From positions 1-48,394 of the forward strand of contig JALGVI010000010.1 in the NCBI GenBank assembly GCA_029838215.1: a stretch of DNA of 48,394 bases, in the 5' to 3' direction. The position numbers and the translations under genes were made by a program. Of the stretch, positions 1 to 10,303 are shown one piece after another (within the stretch, counting starts at the first letter, position 1; every line of letters begins with the position of its first letter). Source of the DNA: Candidatus Helarchaeota archaeon. GTDB lineage: Archaea > Asgardarchaeota > Lokiarchaeia > Helarchaeales > RDOG01. The notes below the pieces were generated by a model. The model was given only the letters and a program-made list of their open reading frames with translations. It made no database searches and had not been told where the DNA came from.

Positions 1-698
1 CCAGGGAGGTCCTGCTTATTTGCAATGACGGCGATGCGGGCGAGCGGTTCTTCCCGCTTAATTAAATTTATGAAAAGGCGCGAATCATTGATGTTTTTTG
101 ATGAAGCGGAATCCACCACGACTAATACAAGGTCTGCACCTTTGACGAAGCGCTTCCATAATGGAGCATACTTTTCCTGTCCCGCACTATCCCAGAAGTA
201 CAAATTCGTACGCGGCGTGATCGGAATCGTGACCTCTTCACCCGTGATCGTGGGAATGTGTCGGCGTGGAATTTCTTTTTTCTCGAGCAGGCGCATCAAT
301 GTTGTCTTTCCGACACCAGAAAATCCGATGACAGTGATTTTATTGCGAATGCGTTCGAATACTTCGTCAGTGTATTCGTCAAATTCCAAGAATTCTTCAA
401 GAGATCCTGATTTTAGCGTCTCAGGAGGATAGCGCTTTAGGAATTCTTCAGATAGGTCTAAAAGTTCGTTGTAGATGGTTTCATCATCGTCCACGGAATC
501 GTTGATGAAGATAAAAATCAGGTCGTAATCAGCATTTGTGGAGAAACCGATCTTATAATCCACGATGTCGATGAATTGTATGACATCCTTCTTTATTTGT
601 TTCAAGAAGGAAACAAGACTCGTGACATCAAGGCTATCTCCATATACCATTTCAAAGATCTTATAATTACCTCGAAAGATGAGGACTTGGCGTAACAT
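1..698 (-). CDS. N-terminal longin/roadblock-like domain fused to a small GTPase (Arf/Rab-like); 3' end runs off the window
   Basis: Absent from the ORF track and translated by hand from the ATG at 698 (MLRQVLIFRGNYKIF...). G1 is GFSGVGKTT, G2 is IPTIT, G3 is WDSAGQ and G4 is ANKQD. About 115 aa precede G1. Confidence 0.85.
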   Translation of the reverse strand, partial: MLRQVLIFRGNYKIFEMVYGDSLDVTSLVSFLKQIKKDVIQFIDIVDYKIGFSTNADYDLIFIFINDSVDDDETIYNELLDLSEEFLKRYPPETLKSGSLEEFLEFDEYTDEVFERIRNKITVIGFSGVGKTTLMRLLEKKEIPRRHIPTITGEEVTIPITPRTNLYFWDSAGQEKYAPLWKRFVKGADLVLVVVDSASSKNINDSRLFINLIKREEPLARIAVIANKQDLP

Positions 699-743
699 CT
701 TGATCAATCCATTCTTCGTGCTTGAAAAGTCCTTTCAGTTTAG

Positions 744-3700
744 TTAGAATTTCTCGTCATTATATTTATCTTTTGCAGAAGTAATGGTATTATCTTTTGG
801 ATCTGCTAATTTTTGAGGTGAATTTTTTTGAATTCTGGTTCCACAGTGAATGCAATAAAAATGAGACGGACTTATTGGAGTCAACTGTCCACATTCAGAG
901 CAAAGTATCTGAGGAATACTTTCCTTTTGGAGGCGATACCCGCAGTTCATGCAAAAGATGCGATCGGGTCCTTTAGGATAGACTCTTCCGCACTTGGGAC
1001 ATGTAATGACAGAGGACTTGCTTGAAATTTTTTTAGGGGCGATTTCTCGGCGATGCTTTCGGTCGTAAAATAGATACACGACAATTAAAGCGATACTTCC
1101 AACAATCGTTATCACGAGAATGATGATCCCTGCATAGACCATCGTGATTGGCACGGGATTCATGTTTAGTAGTTTCATCACTTGTCCGTCATCACCATAT
1201 TCACCATCTTCATCAATGGCGACAAGGAGAAGCCCATATTTAGAATCCGTCAATGGAATGATTTGCTCAGAAAAATCAGTGATACCTGTCAGTGGAATGG
1301 TTAAAGACCCGGAGAAGAGTCCGTTGCCAGCATTTGTTAGTTCTTGAGCCATTACGACTTCATAACCGTATGCCATATTACGTGAATCAACTACCAAGGT
1401 CAGCAATAAAACCCATACGTGTAGATCAGAAGTAGAATCTTCTGCATCACTGCTTCGAATTGAGAAATAAAGCGTGCTTCCATAATTTACGTAAATTCCC
1501 ATCAAAGACCACATGCTTAGTGGAAGTCCGTTGAGCATTGCAGAATTCTCGTTTAATTCAGGGGCTTCATTGTTAATGAAAAAACCATTCATCTCGCTCC
1601 CGAAGATAAAGCTTGAATTGATCTTGACTTGAATGAAAATGCCGTAATTACCGGCAGGATAAGAATCTGAAAAACTCGTCACGGTACTGAAATTGACGGC
1701 ACATCCTTCCACGTTGGTGGTGTTTACGAGAGAAACCGATTCGTACACGTTCGAGTGTTCACCACTTCCCATCGAACTTATGTACGCGTTGATAATAATG
1801 CTGGAGTTCTCAAGAGAAAGGTCGCTCTCAATTGTTGCATTAATGTAAAGCTGGTCGAGGGTTCTGTATAGATCAATTTCCGCCTGAGAATATGAGCCAC
1901 CAGCCTTGTTCTGAGTTCGACTCAAGTTAAATGATTGCACGCGAATGCTTTGGTTGACGACCTTGAAAAAACAAAAACCTTCATCTGAAGAGCTCGTGGT
2001 AATATTCAGGCGATAATAGCCTGAGGAATTTACCGTGACATTGATATAATAACTGCCATTTTCAACGAATGAGAAGTTGGACTGTTCGATGGAATCCACG
2101 TCTTCCCAAATGCCGTAAGATGAGTTCCAGCAGGAAAGGATTGCCGTGGCATTTATTCCCAGGCTCAAGTTATCAAGATAAGTGTCATTCTCGAGACTCC
2201 AAGCATATAGACCAATGGGAATGGAAGTACTGCCCGGTTCCGTTAGCTTTACGAGTGTTGCATTTGGAATTACTTGCAACGAAGCATTGATTTGGCTTGA
2301 TCGGCTACGATTTTCCAAAAGCCATTGAAATGTTTGATTAATTAACTGAGTATTTGATTCTCTATAATAGAGATCATCGTAAAAGTGACGTTCTCCGCCA
2401 TATACAACCAATTTGCTGTTATTTGTATTTGTGGAGACCGCAAGAACGGGGAGAGAAGAATATCTAGCTAGAACGGTCGCCTTTGCCGCATTCACGTTTA
2501 GAGCGTGTCCCACGAGCCAAGTATATGAAGAAATTTCATGCGTGATTGGATGCTCTTCAATATCTCGAATGGAAATCGTCCAGACATCTCGACTTATGCC
2601 ATAATCATGTTCCTGGCATATTTTGGTGGATGAAAAACTGATGCCTGAATCAAGCGACAAGAGCAAGTCATTTAGTGGTTCTCTTGCGAAGTTGGGATAT
2701 TCAGCACCAAGGATTAGGATAGAACCGCCATTTTGATAAAAAGACGTGATGGCATTAAGCTCATCAGGTGAGAACATGATCTCAACGTCGGGCAACATCA
2801 AGATGTCAAAATTATCGAGGTTTTCAGTCGTTATCAAGTCTTTAAAAAGAACGACATCGTACCCACGACCATTTAAGTCTTCAATGACATCATTATAATT
2901 TGATAGGTACGTGTCGGTAGCATCCGCATTGTGATATCCATCAAAATACACGCGTCCAGTCGGAAACCGAACGGTCAGATTCACGTATATCTCGTGAAGA
3001 AGAGTTCCCGTGCCGTTTTGCCTAACTTGTATTATTCCAAAATGGTTATTTGGAGTTGTATTTACGGGAATGTTAAGGATGATTCCAATATCAGAATAAT
3101 TTGCAGCATCATTAATTATCAAATCCGTTGAATTAATGAGAATCTCATTCCCCGATAGGCTCTTGAATGACAAATACGGACTTAATGTGGTCGGAATTGT
3201 CATCGTGAAGACATCAGGATAGGATTTTACCACTTCGACCCTCAATTCTTCGACATTCCCTGGATAAGAAATGATATTGAACGGCTCGGATGGAATGTTT
3301 TTTGGAAATACAGTCGACACGTTAAAACAGTTCGTGGTATTCCACGCGGGATTTTGGTTGAGAAAATTAAAGGCCGCCGTGACGTTTATGAGTCCCGCTC
3401 CTTGAATGTTTGGACCGGGATTTCCTGTCAGATTTGAAGCAGTTTCCATCAACGCGATTTTTGCGGCTTCAGGAGTCAAACCGGGAAATGCTTCTTTAAG
3501 GATGGCAATTGCTCCGGAAACGACTGGAGTTGCCATGCTGGTTCCACTTAGCGGCACGTATAGGTCGAATAAGCCGATGCTTTGATACTTAAACAGGGCT
3601 TCAAAATAGGTTCCCCTTGCCAGAGCCGAATAAATTTCCACACCGGGTGCAATCACGTTTGGTCTGAAATAGTTCAAGGTTGTTGGTCCACGGCTACTAA

Positions 3701-4709
3701 AGCTTGCAATTTCATTGTTGGAATCAGATGCTCCAACAGAAATCACGCGGCGGGCGCTTCCGGGAGCACGGGAAGAAAGGAAGGAGGGTCCTTCATTTCC
3801 AACTCCTGCAACGACAATCACGCCTTTCTGGACAGCTGCATCAACAGCAAGAGATATTGGATGATCAGGGTCGGGATCTCCGTAAAATCCCAGACTCATA
3901 GATACAATATCTGCACCAGCGGTATCAACAGCCCATTCGAGAGCCGCGATAATTGCGGATAGTGACCCATCTCCGGATCTATCAAGACACTTGGCATTGA
4001 TTAATCGTGCACCCGAAGCAACGCCTTTAAAATCATATCCGTAAACGGAACCAATGCCGCTACCCAATGCTATGCCCGCAACATGCGTGCCGTGTCCCAG
4101 TAAATCCGTGGTTGATTCTTCGTCATCTTCATCCCATCCATATGTAGCGGATACAAAGCTTTTTTCCTGAGCGACCTTTCCTAGAAGATCAACATGATAT
4201 TTATAGATTCCAGAATCTAAAACGGCTATTTTTATGCCGCTCCCATCATATGTAGCAGGGGTATCAATGAGTGCGCGAACATCCCCTAAATCGATAGGCG
4301 TGTCCTTTGCTTGAAGTTGAAAGTCGGAGGGATCAATAACGTGAATTTTTTCATCAACGATCATGCTTCTAATGAACGGTAAGGTTGCAACGATTCCTGC
4401 CTGATCCCTGGTAAGGGATAAGCACAGTCCTTTGAAAGACGAGAAAACATGATAAATAGGGGGTGCCTGACCGAGACTTGTCTCTATTCTAGTTATTTGA
4501 TCTTCAAGTGATATCATGTTATCGAGAACGAGAATGAATCGTTGATCCGGATTAAAATCAATGCTCGTTAAATCCAAATCAACCACATTTGAATTAATAA
4601 TAGGTTGATTAGAAGCATTAGACATGAATAACATCGAGTAGAAAGAACTGAAAAATAGACTTGAAGCAAACATGAATAAAAAAATGAAGATGAGTTGCTT
4701 TTTAGCCAT
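744..4709 (-). CDS. Membrane-anchored subtilisin-like (S8) serine protease with DUF4350-like domain and cytoplasmic zinc ribbons
   Basis: Catalytic triad motifs VLDSGI, GHGTHVAG and GTSMATP. Hydrophobic signal segment follows MAKKQ (ATG 4709, preferred over the track start at 4811). There is a C-terminal TM helix followed by four CxxC pairs. Confidence 0.9.
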   Translation of the reverse strand: MAKKQLIFIFLFMFASSLFFSSFYSMLFMSNASNQPIINSNVVDLDLTSIDFNPDQRFILVLDNMISLEDQITRIETSLGQAPPIYHVFSSFKGLCLSLTRDQAGIVATLPFIRSMIVDEKIHVIDPSDFQLQAKDTPIDLGDVRALIDTPATYDGSGIKIAVLDSGIYKYHVDLLGKVAQEKSFVSATYGWDEDDEESTTDLLGHGTHVAGIALGSGIGSVYGYDFKGVASGARLINAKCLDRSGDGSLSAIIAALEWAVDTAGADIVSMSLGFYGDPDPDHPISLAVDAAVQKGVIVVAGVGNEGPSFLSSRAPGSARRVISVGASDSNNEIASFSSRGPTTLNYFRPNVIAPGVEIYSALARGTYFEALFKYQSIGLFDLYVPLSGTSMATPVVSGAIAILKEAFPGLTPEAAKIALMETASNLTGNPGPNIQGAGLINVTAAFNFLNQNPAWNTTNCFNVSTVFPKNIPSEPFNIISYPGNVEELRVEVVKSYPDVFTMTIPTTLSPYLSFKSLSGNEILINSTDLIINDAANYSDIGIILNIPVNTTPNNHFGIIQVRQNGTGTLLHEIYVNLTVRFPTGRVYFDGYHNADATDTYLSNYNDVIEDLNGRGYDVVLFKDLITTENLDNFDILMLPDVEIMFSPDELNAITSFYQNGGSILILGAEYPNFAREPLNDLLLSLDSGISFSSTKICQEHDYGISRDVWTISIRDIEEHPITHEISSYTWLVGHALNVNAAKATVLARYSSLPVLAVSTNTNNSKLVVYGGERHFYDDLYYRESNTQLINQTFQWLLENRSRSSQINASLQVIPNATLVKLTEPGSTSIPIGLYAWSLENDTYLDNLSLGINATAILSCWNSSYGIWEDVDSIEQSNFSFVENGSYYINVTVNSSGYYRLNITTSSSDEGFCFFKVVNQSIRVQSFNLSRTQNKAGGSYSQAEIDLYRTLDQLYINATIESDLSLENSSIIINAYISSMGSGEHSNVYESVSLVNTTNVEGCAVNFSTVTSFSDSYPAGNYGIFIQVKINSSFIFGSEMNGFFINNEAPELNENSAMLNGLPLSMWSLMGIYVNYGSTLYFSIRSSDAEDSTSDLHVWVLLLTLVVDSRNMAYGYEVVMAQELTNAGNGLFSGSLTIPLTGITDFSEQIIPLTDSKYGLLLVAIDEDGEYGDDGQVMKLLNMNPVPITMVYAGIIILVITIVGSIALIVVYLFYDRKHRREIAPKKISSKSSVITCPKCGRVYPKGPDRIFCMNCGYRLQKESIPQILCSECGQLTPISPSHFYCIHCGTRIQKNSPQKLADPKDNTITSAKDKYNDEKF

Positions 4710-4887
4710 GAGAAAAACCCTTTTTCGTGAAATATTGAAGAATTGAAAATGAATCCGATATATATCTAATAAATACGATTTTTTTAACTTTTTGATTCTG
4801 GTAGATTTCATGTCATCAAAAAGACGTCAAAATCCACAAGTTATTAAAGAGAAAAAAGGGGTTTTGAAACAGAAAAAACGTTCAAAG

Positions 4888-5898
4888 TCACCAAGGAATT
4901 GAGATAGGGATGTCTTTCTTCTTTTCGGGATAACACGTTTCAAAGGCGGTTGTTCCTTTTGAAATTAGTTTATCTACAGATTTCCATTCATTCTTTTCCT
5001 TTCGTAGAATTTCAATTTCACAGGAAGCCAATTCACTATTATAGCAGAACATTCGCTTACCAGTTGGACCGAGGTATTCGACGCCTATTAAATCTTTTTT
5101 ATTGACGTTGAGAACGCCGTTGATCTTGAATTTTCCTGCAATTCCTGTAAAATTCCATTTCGTCAGGTCGTAATTGCCTTGATTTTTCAGCAACTTAATA
5201 ATCGAGTTCAACTTGAATTCCTGATTTTCCGTTTTAAGATAAAACGTGCTTAATTGCCGACCATCAGGTTTCAATTTTGAAGAAAGGAGTTCGAGGACAG
5301 CTCGGCGATTATCTTCAAAGAAGTTGCAATGCCCCCATGCCCAACCTGCACCATATTTACTTCCGTATACGTGTGCTTGCGTACCTGGCGCGTTTTTCAG
5401 GTTTATTATAGTATCATCAATTTTTATCTTTCCATTTAGATAAAATGCAAGGTTTGGCGAGCAATATGTCGTGCTTGCCAATTTAAACTTACGAATCAAG
5501 GCAGGAATGTGCTGATGTGTTTTGCGAGCGGTTTCAGGGAACGTCAGGTCCCATAGTATCCTGTGTCCGTTTGCCTTGACCTCGCCCATTGCTCGTTCGG
5601 AATCGAAAAATCCCTTTCCAATTTCAATGTAAAATTCTTCTTTCCTGCAATTGATTTTTTCACGGGGATAGGTAACTTTTTGGGCGATGTTTTTTGCATG
5701 GTCTTTCGAATTAAAATAGGAAAACCACAAGGCACCGGTTGCTAACGAAGTAATATCATTCGGTTTCATCAAGGTATAACGTATCCAAAAACCATCCTTT
5801 GTTTTAGGCTCGTGGAAAATCAGAAACCAAACTTCATAATGACCGCTTGCGTTTTCTTTCCACTTTATCACGTTATCCTTCCACGTCATGAGATTCAT
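4888..5898 (-). CDS. Tocopherol-cyclase/AttH-like beta-rich protein
   Basis: HYEVWF, FWIRYT and GTQAHVYGSKYGAGWAWGHCNFF resemble lipocalin-like cyclase/hydratase families (recognised by eye). Confidence 0.55.
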   Translation of the reverse strand: MNLMTWKDNVIKWKENASGHYEVWFLIFHEPKTKDGFWIRYTLMKPNDITSLATGALWFSYFNSKDHAKNIAQKVTYPREKINCRKEEFYIEIGKGFFDSERAMGEVKANGHRILWDLTFPETARKTHQHIPALIRKFKLASTTYCSPNLAFYLNGKIKIDDTIINLKNAPGTQAHVYGSKYGAGWAWGHCNFFEDNRRAVLELLSSKLKPDGRQLSTFYLKTENQEFKLNSIIKLLKNQGNYDLTKWNFTGIAGKFKINGVLNVNKKDLIGVEYLGPTGKRMFCYNSELASCEIEILRKEKNEWKSVDKLISKGTTAFETCYPEKKKDIPISIPW

Positions 5899-6071
5899 CT
5901 CAAGCCAAAATTTTCCGTGAAGTACTTTATCGGTTCAAATATTAATAATCGAATTTATCTTCCTGCAACGGATCTTGAAGTATGTCGTGGATTAGTAAGT
6001 AATTATTATAAAAACAAACGATTCAATCCTTAGATAAGCAACATGAGTTGATAAGGAAAACATGATGGTCG

Positions 6072-7319
6072 ATGATAATGAAAGAAGGAGAAATCAAATT
6101 CGAAGATTTAAATTGGACGCCGGGTGAGAGCTTAGCAGAAGGATCCTTATTATTGTACACGTCTGAAGAACGTGAGTTTAGAAAAGAAATTCAAGCATTT
6201 GCACGCGATGAGATTTGGCCTCTAGACGAAAAAATCGAAAGGGAAGCAAGTTTTGATACCTGCCGAGAGATTATAAGAATAATGGCAAGGAAAAGTTTGC
6301 TTGGATTAGCATTCCCTAAGGAGCTAGGAGGAGGAGGCCATGGATATGTCATGAGAACGATTTTTGGAGAGGAATTGGCTGCCATTAATAGTGCAGTCGT
6401 GGTGACTTACGGTGCATCAGCTAATTTATTTAGTGCTCCGATCATTCATTTTGGAACTGATGAACAGAAGAAAAAGTACTTGCCACCTATCTTTTCAGGA
6501 GAGAAACTTGGCGGAATTGCAATAACGGAGCCAACCGCAGGGAGTGATGCTGTTGGAGGAATGCAAACGACTGCCATCAAGAAAGGAGATCATTACGTGA
6601 TAAATGGAGAAAAACGATTCATCACGAACGGCAGTAGGGCAGATTTCCTTCTTTTATATGCTTTAACCAACCCTGATGCACCCGCCAAGCACAAGGGTGT
6701 AAGTGCATTCATTGTCGAAACGGATACACCAGGATTTGAACGCGTGAAAGATTTTGAGCTTTGCGGGCGACGAGGTTCAATAAATTCACATCTGCGGTTT
6801 AACGACATGGAGATCCCTGCAGAAAACCTTGTCGGTGGACTGGAAATGGAAAATAAAGGAGTCCAAATCATGATGTATGGTTTAGACGGTGAAAGATGTT
6901 TCACCAGCTCACAATATGTTGGCGTAGCTCGGTCTGCATTTGAAGTCGCCTTCAAATATGCGAATTTAAGATATCAATTTAAGAAATTCATCAGGGAATT
7001 TGAAGGAATAAGTTTTCGCATCTCAAGCATGTACGCGAAGTTGGAGGCAGGTCGTCTAATGATGCTTCGGGCAGCACGCATGCTCGATGCGGGTTTAAAA
7101 GCAACGAAGGAGGTAGCCGCCGCCAAGTTCACGTGTGCTGATAATCAAATGGATATAGTACTTGATGCGTGTCAAATCTGTGGGGGAATTGGCTATACAA
7201 AAGAATTTCCCGTAGAACGTTACTTGCGTGATAGCAAGATCTCTCAAATTTCTGCGGGCACGACGGACATCATGCGATATTTGGTTCAAAGAGAGCTCTA
7301 TAGAGAACTAAAATCCTAA
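6072..7319 (+). CDS. Acyl-CoA dehydrogenase
   Basis: AITEPTAGSDA, YVINGEKRFITNG, QICGGIGYTKEFPVERYLRD and ISAGT motifs. Confidence 0.95.
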   Translation: MIMKEGEIKFEDLNWTPGESLAEGSLLLYTSEEREFRKEIQAFARDEIWPLDEKIEREASFDTCREIIRIMARKSLLGLAFPKELGGGGHGYVMRTIFGEELAAINSAVVVTYGASANLFSAPIIHFGTDEQKKKYLPPIFSGEKLGGIAITEPTAGSDAVGGMQTTAIKKGDHYVINGEKRFITNGSRADFLLLYALTNPDAPAKHKGVSAFIVETDTPGFERVKDFELCGRRGSINSHLRFNDMEIPAENLVGGLEMENKGVQIMMYGLDGERCFTSSQYVGVARSAFEVAFKYANLRYQFKKFIREFEGISFRISSMYAKLEAGRLMMLRAARMLDAGLKATKEVAAAKFTCADNQMDIVLDACQICGGIGYTKEFPVERYLRDSKISQISAGTTDIMRYLVQRELYRELKS

Positions 7320-7326
7320 ATCATTC

Positions 7327-7334
7327 TTTTTTTT
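7327..7334 (+). terminator. Oligo-T tract, candidate archaeal terminator
   Basis: T8 run starting 8 nt after the acyl-CoA dehydrogenase stop codon. Confidence 0.4.
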
Positions 7335-7453
7335 CTCACAAATTCATTTTAATGACATAAATTTATAAGAAGGATCTTAGAAAATACTTAACTAGTATTT
7401 AGACAGATCGCGGTGTTTTTAATCTTGAACGATTTCCCGAGAGAGAATTGGTG

Positions 7454-8311
7454 ATGCCAGCAAGCAAGAAGAAGAAAGTTAAGAAGTCATCGAAGAGAGG
7501 TACTAAACAGAAGGCTAAGGGAAAGAAAAAGAAAACATTTAGGAAAATAAGATATTTCGATGATTTACTTGCTTCAAAACATACGAGTGAAGATCGGTTA
7601 AATCATCTAATGGTTCTCTCAAATGTTTCATTCAAGCTTGAAGAATCCAGAGCGAGCATTATTGAAAAGATCATGTATGAATCAGTGCTGGGTCTTGATG
7701 AAGCAACAAACATCTTGTACACGGAAGATGAATTAAGAAAAATTTGCAATGAACTCGGCATTATAGGTGTGGAGAATAGAACGAAAAGTAATTTAATCGG
7801 CATTCTTTTAAAACATCTTCCTGCAAAAAGGAAGCGGAAAATAGAAACAATAATCGAGGAAAATATCGAAGAAGAAAAAGAACTGCACATTCACAATATA
7901 TTTCTAATTCACCCTGATGGTTGTTGTCTTTACTCCTACAATCTGGAACCGATTTCGATTGGAGATGTCCAAATTGTCACAAGTGCATTAAATGCCATTG
8001 ATTCGTTGATTCGGGAGATCACGAGGAGCAAACAGAGACTCGATTCAATCGATATTAAAGAAAAAGAACTGATTTTTGAATATGGGAAATTGGATCTTGC
8101 GAAGGAAACAGACCAACATTATCCTAAATGGAATTTAATTGGAGTTCTCTTGCTAAATCAAGATAGTGCACTTGCTCGAAGTTTATTACGGGAAGTCGTT
8201 ACGAAGTTTGAACAGAGATTTGAGAATTATTTATATGATTTTGATGGTTGCTTGGATGTTTTTGAATCTGCCGATGATATAATTCGAGAGGTATTTGATT
8301 TTTATTTTTAA
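7454..8311 (+). CDS. Lys-rich / helix-extended-helix-like N-terminus fused to a C-terminal longin-like domain
   Basis: Basic tail KKKKVKKSSKRG. EDELRKICNELGIIG...KSNLIGILL is Rho_N/SAP-like. The C-terminal HNIFLIHPDGCCLY...SALNAIDSLIREI...FEQRF follows the longin pattern. Confidence 0.6.
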   Translation: MPASKKKKVKKSSKRGTKQKAKGKKKKTFRKIRYFDDLLASKHTSEDRLNHLMVLSNVSFKLEESRASIIEKIMYESVLGLDEATNILYTEDELRKICNELGIIGVENRTKSNLIGILLKHLPAKRKRKIETIIEENIEEEKELHIHNIFLIHPDGCCLYSYNLEPISIGDVQIVTSALNAIDSLIREITRSKQRLDSIDIKEKELIFEYGKLDLAKETDQHYPKWNLIGVLLLNQDSALARSLLREVVTKFEQRFENYLYDFDGCLDVFESADDIIREVFDFYF

Positions 8312-8346
8312 AATTTTAAAATGAATATTTTGTGGATGTTGATAAG

Positions 8347-9408
8347 ATGGTAGATTACAAGTTATTAATGAGAGAGGAATGGGACTTTGCCCAGCTGGAG
8401 GATTTCTTTCACAAATCATGGTTTCCTCAAGAGAAGGGTTCAAATGGAACCATGGATTTCACGGCAAGCGATCTCGAGAACCTCTTTACAAATTTTGAGA
8501 ATCAGGTTGTCATTGAGGCACGTGATGGGAACGAGTTAGTAGGATTGGTTACGGGTTTTCCACAAGAACTCAGTTTAGCGAACACGAAATTCAAGGGGTT
8601 GGTGCCCATGTTTCTCTTTGTTCTTGAACCATTTCGTCGCAAGAAGATTGCTACGACATTGATGAAAATGCTTTTAGAATTTGCCGAAAAATCAGGCTTT
8701 GGACTCATGGTAGCCAGCCCTGAGAGGTCGGGAAACGGACATAAAGTTCTTGAGAAGCTCGGTTGGAGACCACAAGCAAAATTTGAATCCAAGATAGCCT
8801 TTGCGCAATTCGACAAGCTAGCAGAATATAAAGATTTTAACGTTGTAGAACGAACTGTTGCTGGAAAATGGGCTAAAGATCAAAAGAAAGTTCCCGGTAT
8901 CTCAGAAGGATTTCGGAAGGCAACGGATGCAGATTATCCTGCGATCGTTGAATTATTGAACGAGTGTCCTGCTACAATCAAGCGCATGTGGACAGAAGAA
9001 ACGTATAAAAAGTTTTTGAAACTTTCAGGTTACTATGATGGCACGTCGTGGGTATGGGAAAAAGATGGAAAGATCGTGGCGACAGGAATCACAACGGTGC
9101 ACTCAATTCATTGGGCAAATGGAGAGGGTTTTACGCTTTTTCTTCGGCAGGTTGGAATCAAAGAAGAATTACCCATTGAAGAATCTATTAAATTCTTTGG
9201 ACAAATGCTAAATCTTGCAAGAAGTCACGAAAAAGACGTGATCGCTTTAAAAATGCCGGTAGGACAACACATCGAAAAGATCCTGAAGAAGGCAGAATTT
9301 CATGGCGATCAAAAAGGAAGATTATTCATGGTCTATCCAATAAAAAAGGAAGCCCAAGATTTAATGCCCGAAAAGAAAATAAAGAAATTTTATTTTGATA
9401 CGATCTGA
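8347..9408 (+). CDS. GNAT-family N-acetyltransferase, probably tandem fold
   Basis: Acetyl-CoA-binding motif FVLEPFRRKKIATTLM and a second half FRKATDADYPAIVELL. The start could alternatively be GTG 8332. Confidence 0.7.
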   Translation: MVDYKLLMREEWDFAQLEDFFHKSWFPQEKGSNGTMDFTASDLENLFTNFENQVVIEARDGNELVGLVTGFPQELSLANTKFKGLVPMFLFVLEPFRRKKIATTLMKMLLEFAEKSGFGLMVASPERSGNGHKVLEKLGWRPQAKFESKIAFAQFDKLAEYKDFNVVERTVAGKWAKDQKKVPGISEGFRKATDADYPAIVELLNECPATIKRMWTEETYKKFLKLSGYYDGTSWVWEKDGKIVATGITTVHSIHWANGEGFTLFLRQVGIKEELPIEESIKFFGQMLNLARSHEKDVIALKMPVGQHIEKILKKAEFHGDQKGRLFMVYPIKKEAQDLMPEKKIKKFYFDTI

Positions 9409-9441
9409 ATTAGGATTAAAAGAAAAAAGGACAGATGCTTC

Positions 9442-10272
9442 TTGTTTAAACGTATCTTGGGATATCGAAAGAACGTTAGATTACTCTTTAAAAAAATCAC
9501 GAATTACTTGAGCTTTCATTCAGAAGACATGTCGAATCTGATCAAACGCATGAATGCCGTGTTCGACAGGCACGATGTAAAAATGACGTATTTCATCTCA
9601 ACGTTTTTGGTTGAACAAAGACCTTCAATATGTTCGGCTTTTGAATCTCATGATTTTGGACCTCATGGTCATTATCATGTTAATGTAGCTCAAGCAGGGC
9701 GGCGAGCTGCATGGAATGAAATAAAAGAGGCAGTACGTGTATTCAAAACGCATGGATTCGATCCTTGGGTTTACAGGGCACCTTATGCCAGGCATATAAT
9801 TGAAAATGATCCTAATCTTTTTTTTGAATTTGAAAAGAAAAACGGAATCCTGCGTGATTCATCCATAAATGTTGGACCACCGCCTTGGGAAAATCCTTTA
9901 AAACCCATCAAGCACGACTGTGGAGTCATCACGATTCCTTTAATCGGGGTCGCTGATGACGGTTTGATTGATAACGAAGGCATTTTTGACAACAGGCTTC
10001 TCGTCAAAAGATTTTATAATGCCTTTGACCAAGGACGAACTGGAATAATAGTATATGACTTACACCCGATACGAATGGGACAGGCTCGGTTTATAAATGT
10101 GGTTGAAGCACTAATAAAGAGGTTAAAAACGGAAAAGAATGTACGAATCATCTCATTAAGGGATGCCTTTGAACAGTTTGATAAGAAAGCCGAAGAAGAA
10201 ACGCTTGTTTGTTTTACGGGAGATATAGATAACTTGTCAATTTTTGACTATGCACGTAGGTTGGTCCATTAA
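9442..10272 (+). CDS. Polysaccharide deacetylase (NodB-like) family protein
   Basis: KMTYFI, HDFGPHGHYH, YRAPY and DLHP motifs; TTG start. Confidence 0.65.
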   Translation: MFKRILGYRKNVRLLFKKITNYLSFHSEDMSNLIKRMNAVFDRHDVKMTYFISTFLVEQRPSICSAFESHDFGPHGHYHVNVAQAGRRAAWNEIKEAVRVFKTHGFDPWVYRAPYARHIIENDPNLFFEFEKKNGILRDSSINVGPPPWENPLKPIKHDCGVITIPLIGVADDGLIDNEGIFDNRLLVKRFYNAFDQGRTGIIVYDLHPIRMGQARFINVVEALIKRLKTEKNVRIISLRDAFEQFDKKAEEETLVCFTGDIDNLSIFDYARRLVH

Positions 10273-10303
10273 GAAATCCATGGAAACAGGAAATGAATGC
10301 GCA

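Noticed and set aside
25-432. 135-aa plus-strand ORF
   Set aside because: Antisense shadow of the GTPase gene on the minus strand.
4710-4811. Track start of the S8 protease at 4811
   Set aside because: The extra 34 aa are low-complexity AT-rich spacer translation; the signal-peptide-like segment begins at ATG 4709.
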